The translations under genes were made by a program, and so were the position numbers. A model generated the notes under the pieces. The model was not told the origin of the DNA, did no database searches, and was given only the letters and a program-made list of their open reading frames with translations. A DNA stretch of 64,000 nucleotides from a virus. Taxonomy: Duplodnaviria; Heunggongvirae; Uroviricota; Caudoviricetes. Positions 37,352 to 44,846 of the stretch are shown here, one piece after another (the first letter of the stretch is position 1; each line of letters opens with the position of its first letter). The stretch is from IMG/VR virus record IMGVR_UViG_3300001528_000017, positions 1 to 64,000 of that record; one strand, 5' to 3'.

Positions 37352-37415
37352 TTCATCAGGCTAGAACATCTGCTTTGCAAGCAGAAGGTAGTGGGTTCGA
37401 GACCCACCTTCTCCA
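37342..37415 (+). tRNA. tRNA-Ala(TGC) with G3.U70 and two U.U acceptor mismatches
   Basis: GTTC-ATCAGGCTA-GAAC D-arm, TCTGC-TTTGCAA-GCAGA anticodon arm, GTGGG-TTCGAGA-CCCAC T-arm. Confidence 0.45.
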
Positions 37416-37477
37416 CTCTGACTTTCATTGTTTTCATAATGTTAATGGCCTAGCCAGAGGGTTAAATCTGGCACATT

Positions 37478-37550
37478 GCTTCTTAGTTCAGTGGTTAAGA
37501 ATAGTTCCCTTACAAGGAAAAGGTCATAGGTTCGATTCCTATAGAAGCAA
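37478..37550 (+). tRNA. tRNA-Val(TAC)
   Basis: TGCTTCT/AGAAGCA acceptor, anticodon loop CTTACAA, ATAGG-TTCGATT-CCTAT T-arm. Confidence 0.5.
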
Positions 37551-37554
37551 CAAT

Positions 37555-37628
37555 GGGGATATAGCACAATTGGTTAGTGCATCTGACTGTTAATCAGAAG
37601 GTTCTAGGTTCGAGTCCTAGTATGCCCG
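37555..37628 (+). tRNA. tRNA-Asn(GTT)
   Basis: GCAC-AATTGGTTA-GTGC D-arm, TCTGA-CTGTTAA-TCAGA anticodon arm, CTAGG-TTCGAGT-CCTAG T-arm. Confidence 0.55.
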
Positions 37629-37633
37629 CAAAT

Positions 37634-37705
37634 TGGTTCTTGGTGGAATGGTAACACAACTGACTCTGACTCAGGAGATTGGGGGTTCAAGTCCCTCAGA
37701 GCCAA
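37634..37705 (+). tRNA. tRNA-Gln(CTG)
   Basis: CTGA-CTCTGAC-TCAG anticodon arm, GGGGG-TTCAAGT-CCCTC T-arm. Confidence 0.45.
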
Positions 37706-37711
37706 CTACAT

Positions 37712-37783
37712 TGGTCCTTAGTGTCAATGGTAGCACGATGGTCTCCAAAACCATAAGAGAGGGTTCGAGTCCTTCAGGGTCTG
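37712..37783 (+). tRNA. tRNA-Trp(CCA)
   Basis: ATGGT-CTCCAAA-ACCAT anticodon arm, GAGGG-TTCGAGT-CCTTC T-arm. Acceptor pairing imperfect. Confidence 0.45.
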
Positions 37784-37792
37784 CAATTATAT

Positions 37793-37866
37793 AGGTATGT
37801 ATATCAGTTGGTTAGATAGCCACCCTGATAAGGTGGAAGTCGTAGGTTCAAGCCCTACCATACCTA
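37793..37866 (+). tRNA. tRNA-Ile(GAT)
   Basis: AGGTATG/CATACCT acceptor, CCACC-CTGATAA-GGTGG anticodon arm, GTAGG-TTCAAGC-CCTAC T-arm. Confidence 0.6.
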
Positions 37867-37868
37867 CT

Positions 37869-37941
37869 GTGTTAGTAGCTCAATTGGCAGAGCGATGGGT
37901 TGTGGTTCCATTGGTTGTGGGTTCAAGTCCCATCTAACACC
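37869..37941 (+). tRNA. tRNA-His(GTG)
   Basis: GTGTTAG/CTAACAC acceptor, GCTC-AATTGGCA-GAGC D-arm, anticodon loop TTGTGGT, GTGGG-TTCAAGT-CCCAT T-arm. Confidence 0.6.
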
Positions 37942-37991
37942 CTATAGCCTAGGCAAAACAAGAGTCCCTGTATATCAAACTCTTGTGGCTT

Positions 37992-38065
37992 CTCCAGTTG
38001 CCTGAGTGGTCTAAAGGAGCAGTCTGCAAAACTGTTATTCGTTGGTTCAAATCCAACACTGGAGT
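37992..38065 (+). tRNA. tRNA-Cys(GCA)
   Basis: CTCCAGT/ACTGGAG acceptor, GCAGT-CTGCAAA-ACTGT anticodon arm, GTTGG-TTCAAAT-CCAAC T-arm. Confidence 0.5.
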
Positions 38066-38213
38066 CCACAATCGTTCTTAAATTTATTGTATTATGGAAG
38101 CAATTACATTCTTAATGTATGGCTTATTAGCCGTAGCTGGCATTGTCAGCACCTTAGATTGCATGAGGAGAGGATAATCCCTCCCTCATTTCAGGGAATG
38201 TGATTGAAGAAAA

Positions 38214-38284
38214 GTCTCTATAGCTGAATGGTAAAGCAACTGCCTCTTAAGCAGTGGAGTCCAAGTTCGAGTCTTGGTGGAGAC
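38214..38284 (+). tRNA. tRNA-Lys(CTT)
   Basis: ACTGC-CTCTTAA-GCAGT anticodon arm, CCAAG-TTCGAGT-CTTGG T-arm. Confidence 0.55.
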
Positions 38285-38289
38285 ACTAT

Positions 38290-38363
38290 ACCTTCTTAGC
38301 TCAGTTGGTTAGAGCAATAGGCTTTTAACCTATGGGGCCAGAGTTCGAGTCTCTGAGGAGGTA
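38290..38363 (+). tRNA. tRNA-Lys(TTT)
   Basis: GCTC-AGTTGGTTA-GAGC D-arm, ATAGG-CTTTTAA-CCTAT anticodon arm, CAGAG-TTCGAGT-CTCTG T-arm. Confidence 0.6.
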
Positions 38364-38460
38364 CATCAAAAAGTCTGTCAGGGGTTAGGTGGAGAGTGCT
38401 GCCCCCTGTGATAAAGAAACACCTATCAGCACAAGAGCAGTTAAGGGCTTCTGCTCACTT

Positions 38461-38542
38461 GGGAGTACTTTAATGTGGTGAATTAGTGCAGACTGTAAAT
38501 CTGTTGCCCTTGGGCTAATCGGGTTCAATTCCTTATACTCCC
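38461..38542 (+). tRNA. tRNA-Tyr(GTA), type II
   Basis: GGGAGTA/TACTCCC acceptor, CAGA-CTGTAAA-TCTG anticodon arm, variable arm GCCC-TTG-GGC. Confidence 0.5.
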
Positions 38543-38547
38543 ACTAT

Positions 38548-38620
38548 GGACACTTGGCAGATGTGGTATATGCACTGGACTGAAAATCCAGCTAACGAGG
38601 TTCAACTCCTTGAGTGCCCA
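38548..38620 (+). tRNA. tRNA-Phe(GAA)
   Basis: CTGGA-CTGAAAA-TCCAG anticodon arm, CGAGG-TTCAACT-CCTTG T-arm. Confidence 0.55.
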
Positions 38621-38628
38621 CTACTTAT

Positions 38629-38709
38629 GGGAAGATGGTGGAATTAGGCAGACACGCTAGTCTTAGGAACTAGTACTTCGGTGTGAGGGTTCGAGTCCCT
38701 CTCTTCCTA
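38629..38709 (+). tRNA. tRNA-Leu(TAG), type II
   Basis: CTAGT-CTTAGGA-ACTAG anticodon arm, variable arm hairpin, GAGGG-TTCGAGT-CCCTC T-arm. Confidence 0.55.
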
Positions 38710-38719
38710 CAAACTAAAT

Positions 38720-38803
38720 ACTCTAGTGGTGGAACTGGCATACACGATGGTCTTAAACACCATTGCCCTTTGCGGATTGAGAGTTCAAATCTCTCCTAGA
38801 GTA
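38720..38803 (+). tRNA. tRNA-Leu(TAA), type II
   Basis: ACTCTAG/CTAGAGT acceptor, ATGGT-CTTAAAC-ACCAT anticodon arm, GAGAG-TTCAAAT-CTCTC T-arm. Confidence 0.55.
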
Positions 38804-38865
38804 CTAAAAATAGTTAAAATTATGCAGAAAATAAGCAAAATATTTGGTAGTCTCAATTATTTTAC

Positions 38866-38877
38866 TTAACTTTGCAC
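38866..38877 (+). promoter_or_regulatory. Bacteroidetes-type promoter (TTAACTTTGCAC)
   Basis: Conserved motif about 20 nt upstream of ATG 38896. Confidence 0.45.
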
Positions 38878-38895
38878 CCAGAAACGAATAAAACA

Positions 38896-39099
38896 ATGGA
38901 GAACAGGAAACTATCAGAAGATGAACTCAGGTGGAGAGCAGAGGAAGATGCTAGAACCATAGAGAGATACAATGAAATTATCAATGATAAACCTAGATTA
39001 GATAGGGCAATGAAAGCTGCAAAGAAGCAAGTGGAGAACTTGACTGAAAGGGCAGAAGCTCTGAACAAGAGTATCACTGGTATCAAGAAGAGGAAATAA
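38896..39099 (+). CDS. small coiled-coil protein (67 aa)
   Basis: ORF 38872..39099 trimmed to the first ATG downstream of the promoter motif. Stop abuts tRNA-Thr. Confidence 0.4.
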   Translation: MENRKLSEDELRWRAEEDARTIERYNEIINDKPRLDRAMKAAKKQVENLTERAEALNKSITGIKKRK

Positions 39100-39172
39100 G
39101 CCTCCTTAGTTCAATTGGCAGAACTACTGAATTGTAATCAGTGTGTTGTGGGTTCGATTCCTACAGGAGGCT
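39100..39172 (+). tRNA. tRNA-Thr(TGT)
   Basis: GCCTCCT/AGGAGGC acceptor, GTTC-AATTGGCA-GAAC D-arm, ACTGA-ATTGTAA-TCAGT anticodon arm. Confidence 0.6.
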
Positions 39173-39337
39173 CTCTAATAAAGAGGATAGTACTAGTGTA
39201 AGACTCAACGTAACTTAAAGGCTTTGTGAAATATCATGTAAGTTTAGCCCTTTTGGGTGTCGTATTACTCACCTTAGTCAATAGAGGATGGTCAAGGATT
39301 GACAAACTTTGCTCTAAGTTTTCAAAATAGAGCACTC

Positions 39338-39409
39338 GTAGGTATAGCACAATGGTCAGTGCGTCTGCCTTCCAAGCAGAGGATGACAGTTCGATTCTGT
39401 TTACCTACT
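39338..39409 (+). tRNA. tRNA-Gly(TCC)
   Basis: GTAGGTA/TACCTAC acceptor, TCTGC-CTTCCAA-GCAGA anticodon arm. Confidence 0.6.
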
Positions 39410-39414
39410 CAAAT

Positions 39415-39487
39415 AGCGGGGTGTTAGCAGTGGTAGCTAGTCAGGCTCATAACCTGAAGGTCGAGAGTTCGAGTCTCTCCCCCGCCA
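39415..39487 (+). tRNA. tRNA-Met(CAT) with unpaired 1:72 (initiator-like feature)
   Basis: TAGC-AGTGGTA-GCTA D-arm, TCAGG-CTCATAA-CCTGA anticodon arm, GAGAG-TTCGAGT-CTCTC T-arm, A1/C72 mismatch. Confidence 0.5.
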
Positions 39488-39649
39488 CTAAATTCAGGAG
39501 AAGATGAAAACAATAGATGCAATTTTTTCTGATACCCTAGTGGGTATTCTAGACAAACTTAATGACCTGAAGGTCCCAAGAGAGGATGTGGTCAACATCT
39601 TTCAGAACACAGAAGGTCAGTATGTAGCAGTATTTTATCCATAAACATT

Positions 39650-40033
39650 ATGGAAGACAAGAGGAAAGTAATGGAAGCCTTAACAGAAGAGGCAACTCAG
39701 GAGGAGCTGTTTCCCCAAGGAGAGCAACAGAAGGAGCTGACAAAGCCAATATCAGAGGAGGAGTTTAGAAAGCAGATACATGAAGCTGCTGTTGCAAACT
39801 ACAACAAGGTGATAGAGGACTTTGAGAAGGGTATCCTACACTTGAGGGACTACAGTGGAGTAAGAAAGTTTAAGTCCATCAGAAGAGCAATCAGAAGAGG
39901 ACATGTATCAATCTTTGGTGAAGTTTACCCCAAGAGACCATTCAAGAACATCAAGTCTAAGAAGGGTAATATCACCTACATGAAGAAGAGACTATATGAG
40001 CAATTTACCCACAAAAACAGAAAAGTCGCCTAA
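39650..40033 (+). CDS. hypothetical protein
   Basis: 127-aa ORF, first gene of the right-arm plus-strand array. Confidence 0.4.
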   Translation: MEDKRKVMEALTEEATQEELFPQGEQQKELTKPISEEEFRKQIHEAAVANYNKVIEDFEKGILHLRDYSGVRKFKSIRRAIRRGHVSIFGEVYPKRPFKNIKSKKGNITYMKKRLYEQFTHKNRKVA

Positions 40034-40229
40034 GGAAGAATACAATAACATTCCAGTACACTACTGCAAAGAGTGTCTCTCTCTAAAGGTGATGAGAGTA
40101 GTAGGAATGGAGGAAGCTTGTTACTGTGATGACTGTGGATGTACAGGCATTGAGCAGACAAGTATTGAAGAGTGGGAACAGCTCTATAAGAAAAAGCATG
40201 GTTTTACATATCTAAATAGTACATATTAA
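39996..40229 (+). CDS. small zinc-ribbon protein
   Basis: CKEC...CYCDDCGC cysteine pairs. Confidence 0.35.
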   Translation: MSNLPTKTEKSPKEEYNNIPVHYCKECLSLKVMRVVGMEEACYCDDCGCTGIEQTSIEEWEQLYKKKHGFTYLNSTY

Positions 40230-40233
40230 CATT

Positions 40234-40533
40234 ATGGCAGAGAAGAAGACAAACATTAAGGATGGTGCTCCTCAGAATGCACCTAAGTTGACTTACGAAC
40301 AACTTGAGGCTTATGCAGCTCAGACTACAGAGCAGGCAAAGAAGATTTTCCAAGAGAATCAGATGTTGAAGAAGGCTCTTTATGAGCATAGTCTAAAGGA
40401 GGTAGAGATTGCAATTAGGTGTCTTGACCATGCAGATAAGTTCTCACCTGAGTTCATCAAGTCTGTGGTAGAAAGAATTGAGGAGATTATGAATCCTCAG
40501 AAGGAAACCAAGGAAGAAACAAAGGAGGACTAA
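40234..40533 (+). CDS. hypothetical protein
   Basis: 99-aa ORF. Confidence 0.35.
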   Translation: MAEKKTNIKDGAPQNAPKLTYEQLEAYAAQTTEQAKKIFQENQMLKKALYEHSLKEVEIAIRCLDHADKFSPEFIKSVVERIEEIMNPQKETKEETKED

Positions 40534-40534
40534 C

Positions 40535-40939
40535 ATGGTAGGAACAGGAAGGGCTAACAATGTGATTAGAATCCCTACATCCCTACAAGGCAAGTTCTTT
40601 AGGATATGGATTGAGTTCTTAACTCCTCTTCATAATCTTACTAATAGAGAAAAGGATGTTGTAGCTGCCTTCATAAAGGCAAGGTTTGAGTTAAGTAAGT
40701 CTGTGACAGACAACACTCTGCTAGATAAGATAGTAATGAGTGATGATGTCAAGAGCCAGATAAAGGCTGATTGCAATGTGTCAGATGCCTTCTTCCAAGT
40801 TATCCTTGGTAAATTGAGAAAGACAGGTGTGATTGTGGATGGTAAGATAAACCCCAAGTTCATACCTAAGAACATTAAGGCAGATGACCAAGCATTTCAA
40901 TTACTATTATACTTTGACCTAAATGCAACAAACAATTGA
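40535..40939 (+). CDS. hypothetical protein
   Basis: 134-aa ORF. Confidence 0.35.
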   Translation: MVGTGRANNVIRIPTSLQGKFFRIWIEFLTPLHNLTNREKDVVAAFIKARFELSKSVTDNTLLDKIVMSDDVKSQIKADCNVSDAFFQVILGKLRKTGVIVDGKINPKFIPKNIKADDQAFQLLLYFDLNATNN

Positions 40940-41195
40940 TAGATTGTCAAGAGAGCTGAACTTACCAACTGATGTAGTGGTAAAATCATACAAAGCCTAC
41001 TGGCTGTTCATTAGACAGACCATAGAAGAGCTTCCCCTCAAGGAAGACATGGATGAGGAAACATTCAGTAGGCTTAGAACTAATTTCAATATACCAAATT
41101 TAGGTAAGCTAGCTTGCACCTATGAAAGGTACATAGGAATCAAAAAGAAGCACAAAGTAATACAAGAAAAGTATGCTGAACATAATAAAGATTAG
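40923..41195 (+). CDS. hypothetical protein
   Basis: 90-aa ORF. Confidence 0.3.
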   Translation: MQQTIDRLSRELNLPTDVVVKSYKAYWLFIRQTIEELPLKEDMDEETFSRLRTNFNIPNLGKLACTYERYIGIKKKHKVIQEKYAEHNKD

Positions 41196-41589
41196 GCCAA
41201 TGGCTAACTATCTAGTAACCACCAAGGATGAATACACTGAGGATGATGTAAAGAAAGGTGGACTCATGATTAAGACTGTAGGAAGTCTGAAAGAGTATCA
41301 GAAGGTGGTTGCAGTAGGACCAATGGTAAGAGGGATACAAGTAGGAGACCTAGTATGTATTAACCCAAAGAGGTATGCTCAATACAAGCACAAACCTGGG
41401 TCACTCAAAGATGGTGTTATCACAGATAATCCTGTAGTTTCCTACAACTTTAATGTGATTGAGTTAGACCACATATCTCATTTACTCCTTACAGACCAAG
41501 ACATTGACTTTGTAATAGAGGAGTGGAATGATGAAAAGGAGCCAGAAAAAAGTAACATAATTATCCCTGAGAGGAAAATAATTGTCTAA
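41173..41589 (+). CDS. GroES/gp31-like co-chaperonin
   Basis: ANYLVTTKDE...GGLMIKTVG...KVVAVGP...GDLV follows the Hsp10 beta-barrel pattern. Confidence 0.4.
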   Translation: MLNIIKIRPMANYLVTTKDEYTEDDVKKGGLMIKTVGSLKEYQKVVAVGPMVRGIQVGDLVCINPKRYAQYKHKPGSLKDGVITDNPVVSYNFNVIELDHISHLLLTDQDIDFVIEEWNDEKEPEKSNIIIPERKIIV

Positions 41590-42184
41590 CCTACAGCCTA
41601 CTAAGGGAAACCTTGGTAGGCTTTTTGTTTATAATATGATTAGATTATTCAAATATGAAGCTTATGAGGTGACTATAGAACCTGAAGCTATTATGCTTGC
41701 CCCATTCAAAGCTGTCTATGACAGAGATAAGCACAAGGACAAGTCAATGGCAAAGCAGGAACTAGCCTATATTTACTTCATGGGAGACCCAAGAAGCGAT
41801 TACCAATACCTTGTTGACCCTGAAGTTAGGTCTCAAGAAATCATCAAAGGACTAGGTATGCCTGATGAATGGAAGCCAGATGATGTTATTAAGAGGGCAT
41901 TAACCTTCTATGAGAGCTTTAAGCCTATATCAGCTGGACTGCTGGAAGACACAAGGTATGTGGTAAACAAGCTTAGAAAGGAGCTTAGAGACATGAACTT
42001 TGATGAGAGGGATGACAAGGGTAAGCCTGTCCATACTCTACAGTCTATTACAGCAACTCTAAAGCAAATCCCTGGGTTAGCTAAAGACCTAGATGAAGCA
42101 GAGAGGACTCTAAGCAAAGACATCATTGCTGAAGCTAAGGCAAGAGGTTCACAAACTAAAGCACTACTTGAAGATGAAGATTAA
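41582..42184 (+). CDS. hypothetical protein
   Basis: 200-aa ORF. Confidence 0.4.
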   Translation: MSNLQPTKGNLGRLFVYNMIRLFKYEAYEVTIEPEAIMLAPFKAVYDRDKHKDKSMAKQELAYIYFMGDPRSDYQYLVDPEVRSQEIIKGLGMPDEWKPDDVIKRALTFYESFKPISAGLLEDTRYVVNKLRKELRDMNFDERDDKGKPVHTLQSITATLKQIPGLAKDLDEAERTLSKDIIAEAKARGSQTKALLEDED

Positions 42185-42527
42185 CGATGTATTGAACTGT
42201 GTAAATAATACTCTAGAAGATGAGAGAAGAGCCAAGGGTTTACTTCCTAAATTAGGGCACTTCATATATCATATTGGAGTGGAAAAAGGTATGGGACATA
42301 TTAAGATGTTTCATGCTTATATTGAGTTCTTTAATATGAAAACAGGTGCATCCTACAGGGTAATTGCAGTTCACCACACAATGCCTTGCAAGGTAGAAGA
42401 ACTGGAGGAAGCAAAGGAGCAAATAGCTCTCATGGCCCTAAGGAACTTCTTTACAGCACTAAGACTTGGTGCTGATAAGGGTGCATACGAAAACTATGTA
42501 ACTGGAGAATTTCAAGGATGGACTTAA
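42126..42527 (+). CDS. hypothetical protein
   Basis: 133-aa ORF. Confidence 0.35.
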   Translation: MLKLRQEVHKLKHYLKMKINDVLNCVNNTLEDERRAKGLLPKLGHFIYHIGVEKGMGHIKMFHAYIEFFNMKTGASYRVIAVHHTMPCKVEELEEAKEQIALMALRNFFTALRLGADKGAYENYVTGEFQGWT

Positions 42528-44755
42528 GGGATGACTTTTATATACCCACTAATGAGTTTCAGACTGAGATAACCAAGGACTTTTTATCTTCATTACCTGA
42601 TGAAGTAGCAGAACAATTATTGGACTTTGTTCAGAATGTAGAGTACATTAAGAACCTAATAAGTCCTACAAGAAGAAGAGCAAAAGATATGCCTAGGGAT
42701 GACCAAGGTAGGATAATAGTTGACCTAGAGAATCCACATATCTTAGAGAATATGGATTACTTTAGACCAGCTGCTCTTCACTATAAGGAGTTTAACTGCT
42801 ACACATTCCTCAGACCTAATCCAAATCCCAATAGTGAATACAGGAAATGGATAGATGAAGAGAAGAGAAGGTGTAGAGAGGGTTATGTTAGAGAGTCTGA
42901 TGGAGAGTGGATAACGGGGTACATGTACTGGTACATGAATTATTGCCCCATCATGCTTACTAGAATCACAGAAGGTAAGAGGAAAGCAGACAGAATTGAG
43001 GACTTCCCTGAGACTTGGGAAGGGATTTACTTGAGATTCCACTACCTTCACAAGGCTAGAGAAGCTGGAAACCATGCTATTGAGCTGGCTAGAAGAGGAT
43101 GTTCAAAGTCATATACTTTGGCATCCATGATGGCTAAGAACCTAATCTTAGGGGAAAGTAATGAGGTTCGTAAGCGTGTAACAACTATTCTTACTGCTTA
43201 TCAAAAGGAATATTTGGCAGACAAGGATGGTACTTTGTCAAAGTTTGAACCTATGATTAACTTTGTGTCAGAGAACACAGAGTTCCCAAGGTTGAGACTA
43301 AGAAACTCATCCAATGAAATGTTCTGGCAGATGGGATATTTGGATGAGTATGGCAGAAAGAAAGGCTCACTCAATAGTGTAATGGGTGTGTCTTCAAAGG
43401 ATGATGAAGCCAAGCTTAGAGGTAAGAGAGGTTACATATTCTTTGAGGAAATGGGTGCCTTCCCCAATCTACTGAGTATCTATGATACTGTAAGGCATGG
43501 TATGGAGGAAGGTGACTTTACCTATGGACTAGCTTATTTAGTAGGTACGTCAGATGAAAAGGACTCTAACTTTGAGTCAGCTAAAGCACTATTGTACAAT
43601 ACAGCAGGTTATAACATCTACTCTATAAGGAATGTCTATGACAAACCAAAGCAAGGAAAGCCCACCTTTGGCTACTTCTTCCCAGCTTACTTAAACAGAA
43701 AGGGATGCTATAACAAGGATGGAGTATCTGATGTCATAAAGGCACTAGTACAGATTCTTACTGCAAGACACAAGGCAAAGTATGGTTCTGACCCTAACTC
43801 AGTGTTAAGAGTTATCTCAGAAATGCCTATCACTCCAGCAGAAGCTATCATCAAAGTAAAGAATGCCTTCTTCCCAGTAACAGCTCTTACTGAAAGGCTA
43901 CAGCAACTAGACCTAGACCCCAAGGCATTTGATGATGTCTATGTGGGAGACCTAGTTCTTGATGGCAAGGAAGTAAAATTCAGTCCATCTAGTGATGAGC
44001 TGCCTATCAGGAAGTATGGTGTAGATAATACTACAAGAGGAGCATTGGAAATCTATGAAATGCCTCAGAGGAATAGCTCAGGAAAGCTATATGATAATAG
44101 GTATGTAATAGGACATGACCCTGTAGATAATGATGAAGCTGAATCTACTTCACTGTCAAGTACCTTTGTACTAGACTTATATACAGACAGAATAGTGGCA
44201 GAGTACACTGGTAGAATGCCTTTTGCAGATGACAACTTTGAAATGGTGAGGCTATTATGTATTTTCTACAATGCCAAATGCCTGTATGAGTCCAATAAGA
44301 AAGGTATCTTTGCTTACTTCCAAAAGATGCAATGTACTCATCTACTGGCAGATACACCTGAGTATCTGAGAGATAAGCAGATGATTAAGTATAGTAGCTT
44401 TGGAAGCAATGCCAAGGGAGTTAATGCTACTGCTGCCATTAACAATTATGCTAATGGTCTTATTAGAGACTGGCTATTGAAGCCTATAGTAACAGTAGTA
44501 GTTGAGGATGGAGAAGAGAAAGAAGTTGTAGTTCCAAACCTCTACTTCTTGAGAGGTAGGGCATTATTAGAAGAGCTTATAGCTTTTGACCCAGTAAGAA
44601 ACTTCGATAGAATCAGAGCATTAGGTATGTTAATGCTGTATAGAGAGGAGAAAGTTATCCTATATGGCTCAAGATTAAATGCAGATGATGCAGAGAAGAC
44701 AGACAAGTCATACCTAGGTAATGATGATTACTTTAGTAGAAACTATTCTGAATAA
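42518..44755 (+). CDS. terminase large subunit (putative)
   Basis: 745-aa protein immediately upstream of the portal-size gene. ARRGCSKSYT P-loop-like segment. Confidence 0.45.
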   Translation: MDLRDDFYIPTNEFQTEITKDFLSSLPDEVAEQLLDFVQNVEYIKNLISPTRRRAKDMPRDDQGRIIVDLENPHILENMDYFRPAALHYKEFNCYTFLRPNPNPNSEYRKWIDEEKRRCREGYVRESDGEWITGYMYWYMNYCPIMLTRITEGKRKADRIEDFPETWEGIYLRFHYLHKAREAGNHAIELARRGCSKSYTLASMMAKNLILGESNEVRKRVTTILTAYQKEYLADKDGTLSKFEPMINFVSENTEFPRLRLRNSSNEMFWQMGYLDEYGRKKGSLNSVMGVSSKDDEAKLRGKRGYIFFEEMGAFPNLLSIYDTVRHGMEEGDFTYGLAYLVGTSDEKDSNFESAKALLYNTAGYNIYSIRNVYDKPKQGKPTFGYFFPAYLNRKGCYNKDGVSDVIKALVQILTARHKAKYGSDPNSVLRVISEMPITPAEAIIKVKNAFFPVTALTERLQQLDLDPKAFDDVYVGDLVLDGKEVKFSPSSDELPIRKYGVDNTTRGALEIYEMPQRNSSGKLYDNRYVIGHDPVDNDEAESTSLSSTFVLDLYTDRIVAEYTGRMPFADDNFEMVRLLCIFYNAKCLYESNKKGIFAYFQKMQCTHLLADTPEYLRDKQMIKYSSFGSNAKGVNATAAINNYANGLIRDWLLKPIVTVVVEDGEEKEVVVPNLYFLRGRALLEELIAFDPVRNFDRIRALGMLMLYREEKVILYGSRLNADDAEKTDKSYLGNDDYFSRNYSE

Positions 44756-44818
44756 TAGTAAAAGGGTGTGCATTTATAAGTAATTTACTTTTATACTTGC
44801 ACACCTTTAATTTTTTAC

Positions 44819-44830
44819 TTACCTTTGCAC
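44819..44830 (+). promoter_or_regulatory. Bacteroidetes-type promoter (TTACCTTTGCAC)
   Basis: Motif about 20 nt upstream of ATG 44847. Confidence 0.45.
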
Positions 44831-44846
44831 AAAAATTGAGAAAGAT

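Noticed and set aside
24900-39500. CRISPR array
   Set aside because: Repeats in this region are tRNA T-arm/D-arm sequences and the ACTTACAA motif with variable spacing and orientation-consistent tRNA folds. There are no regular repeat-spacer units.
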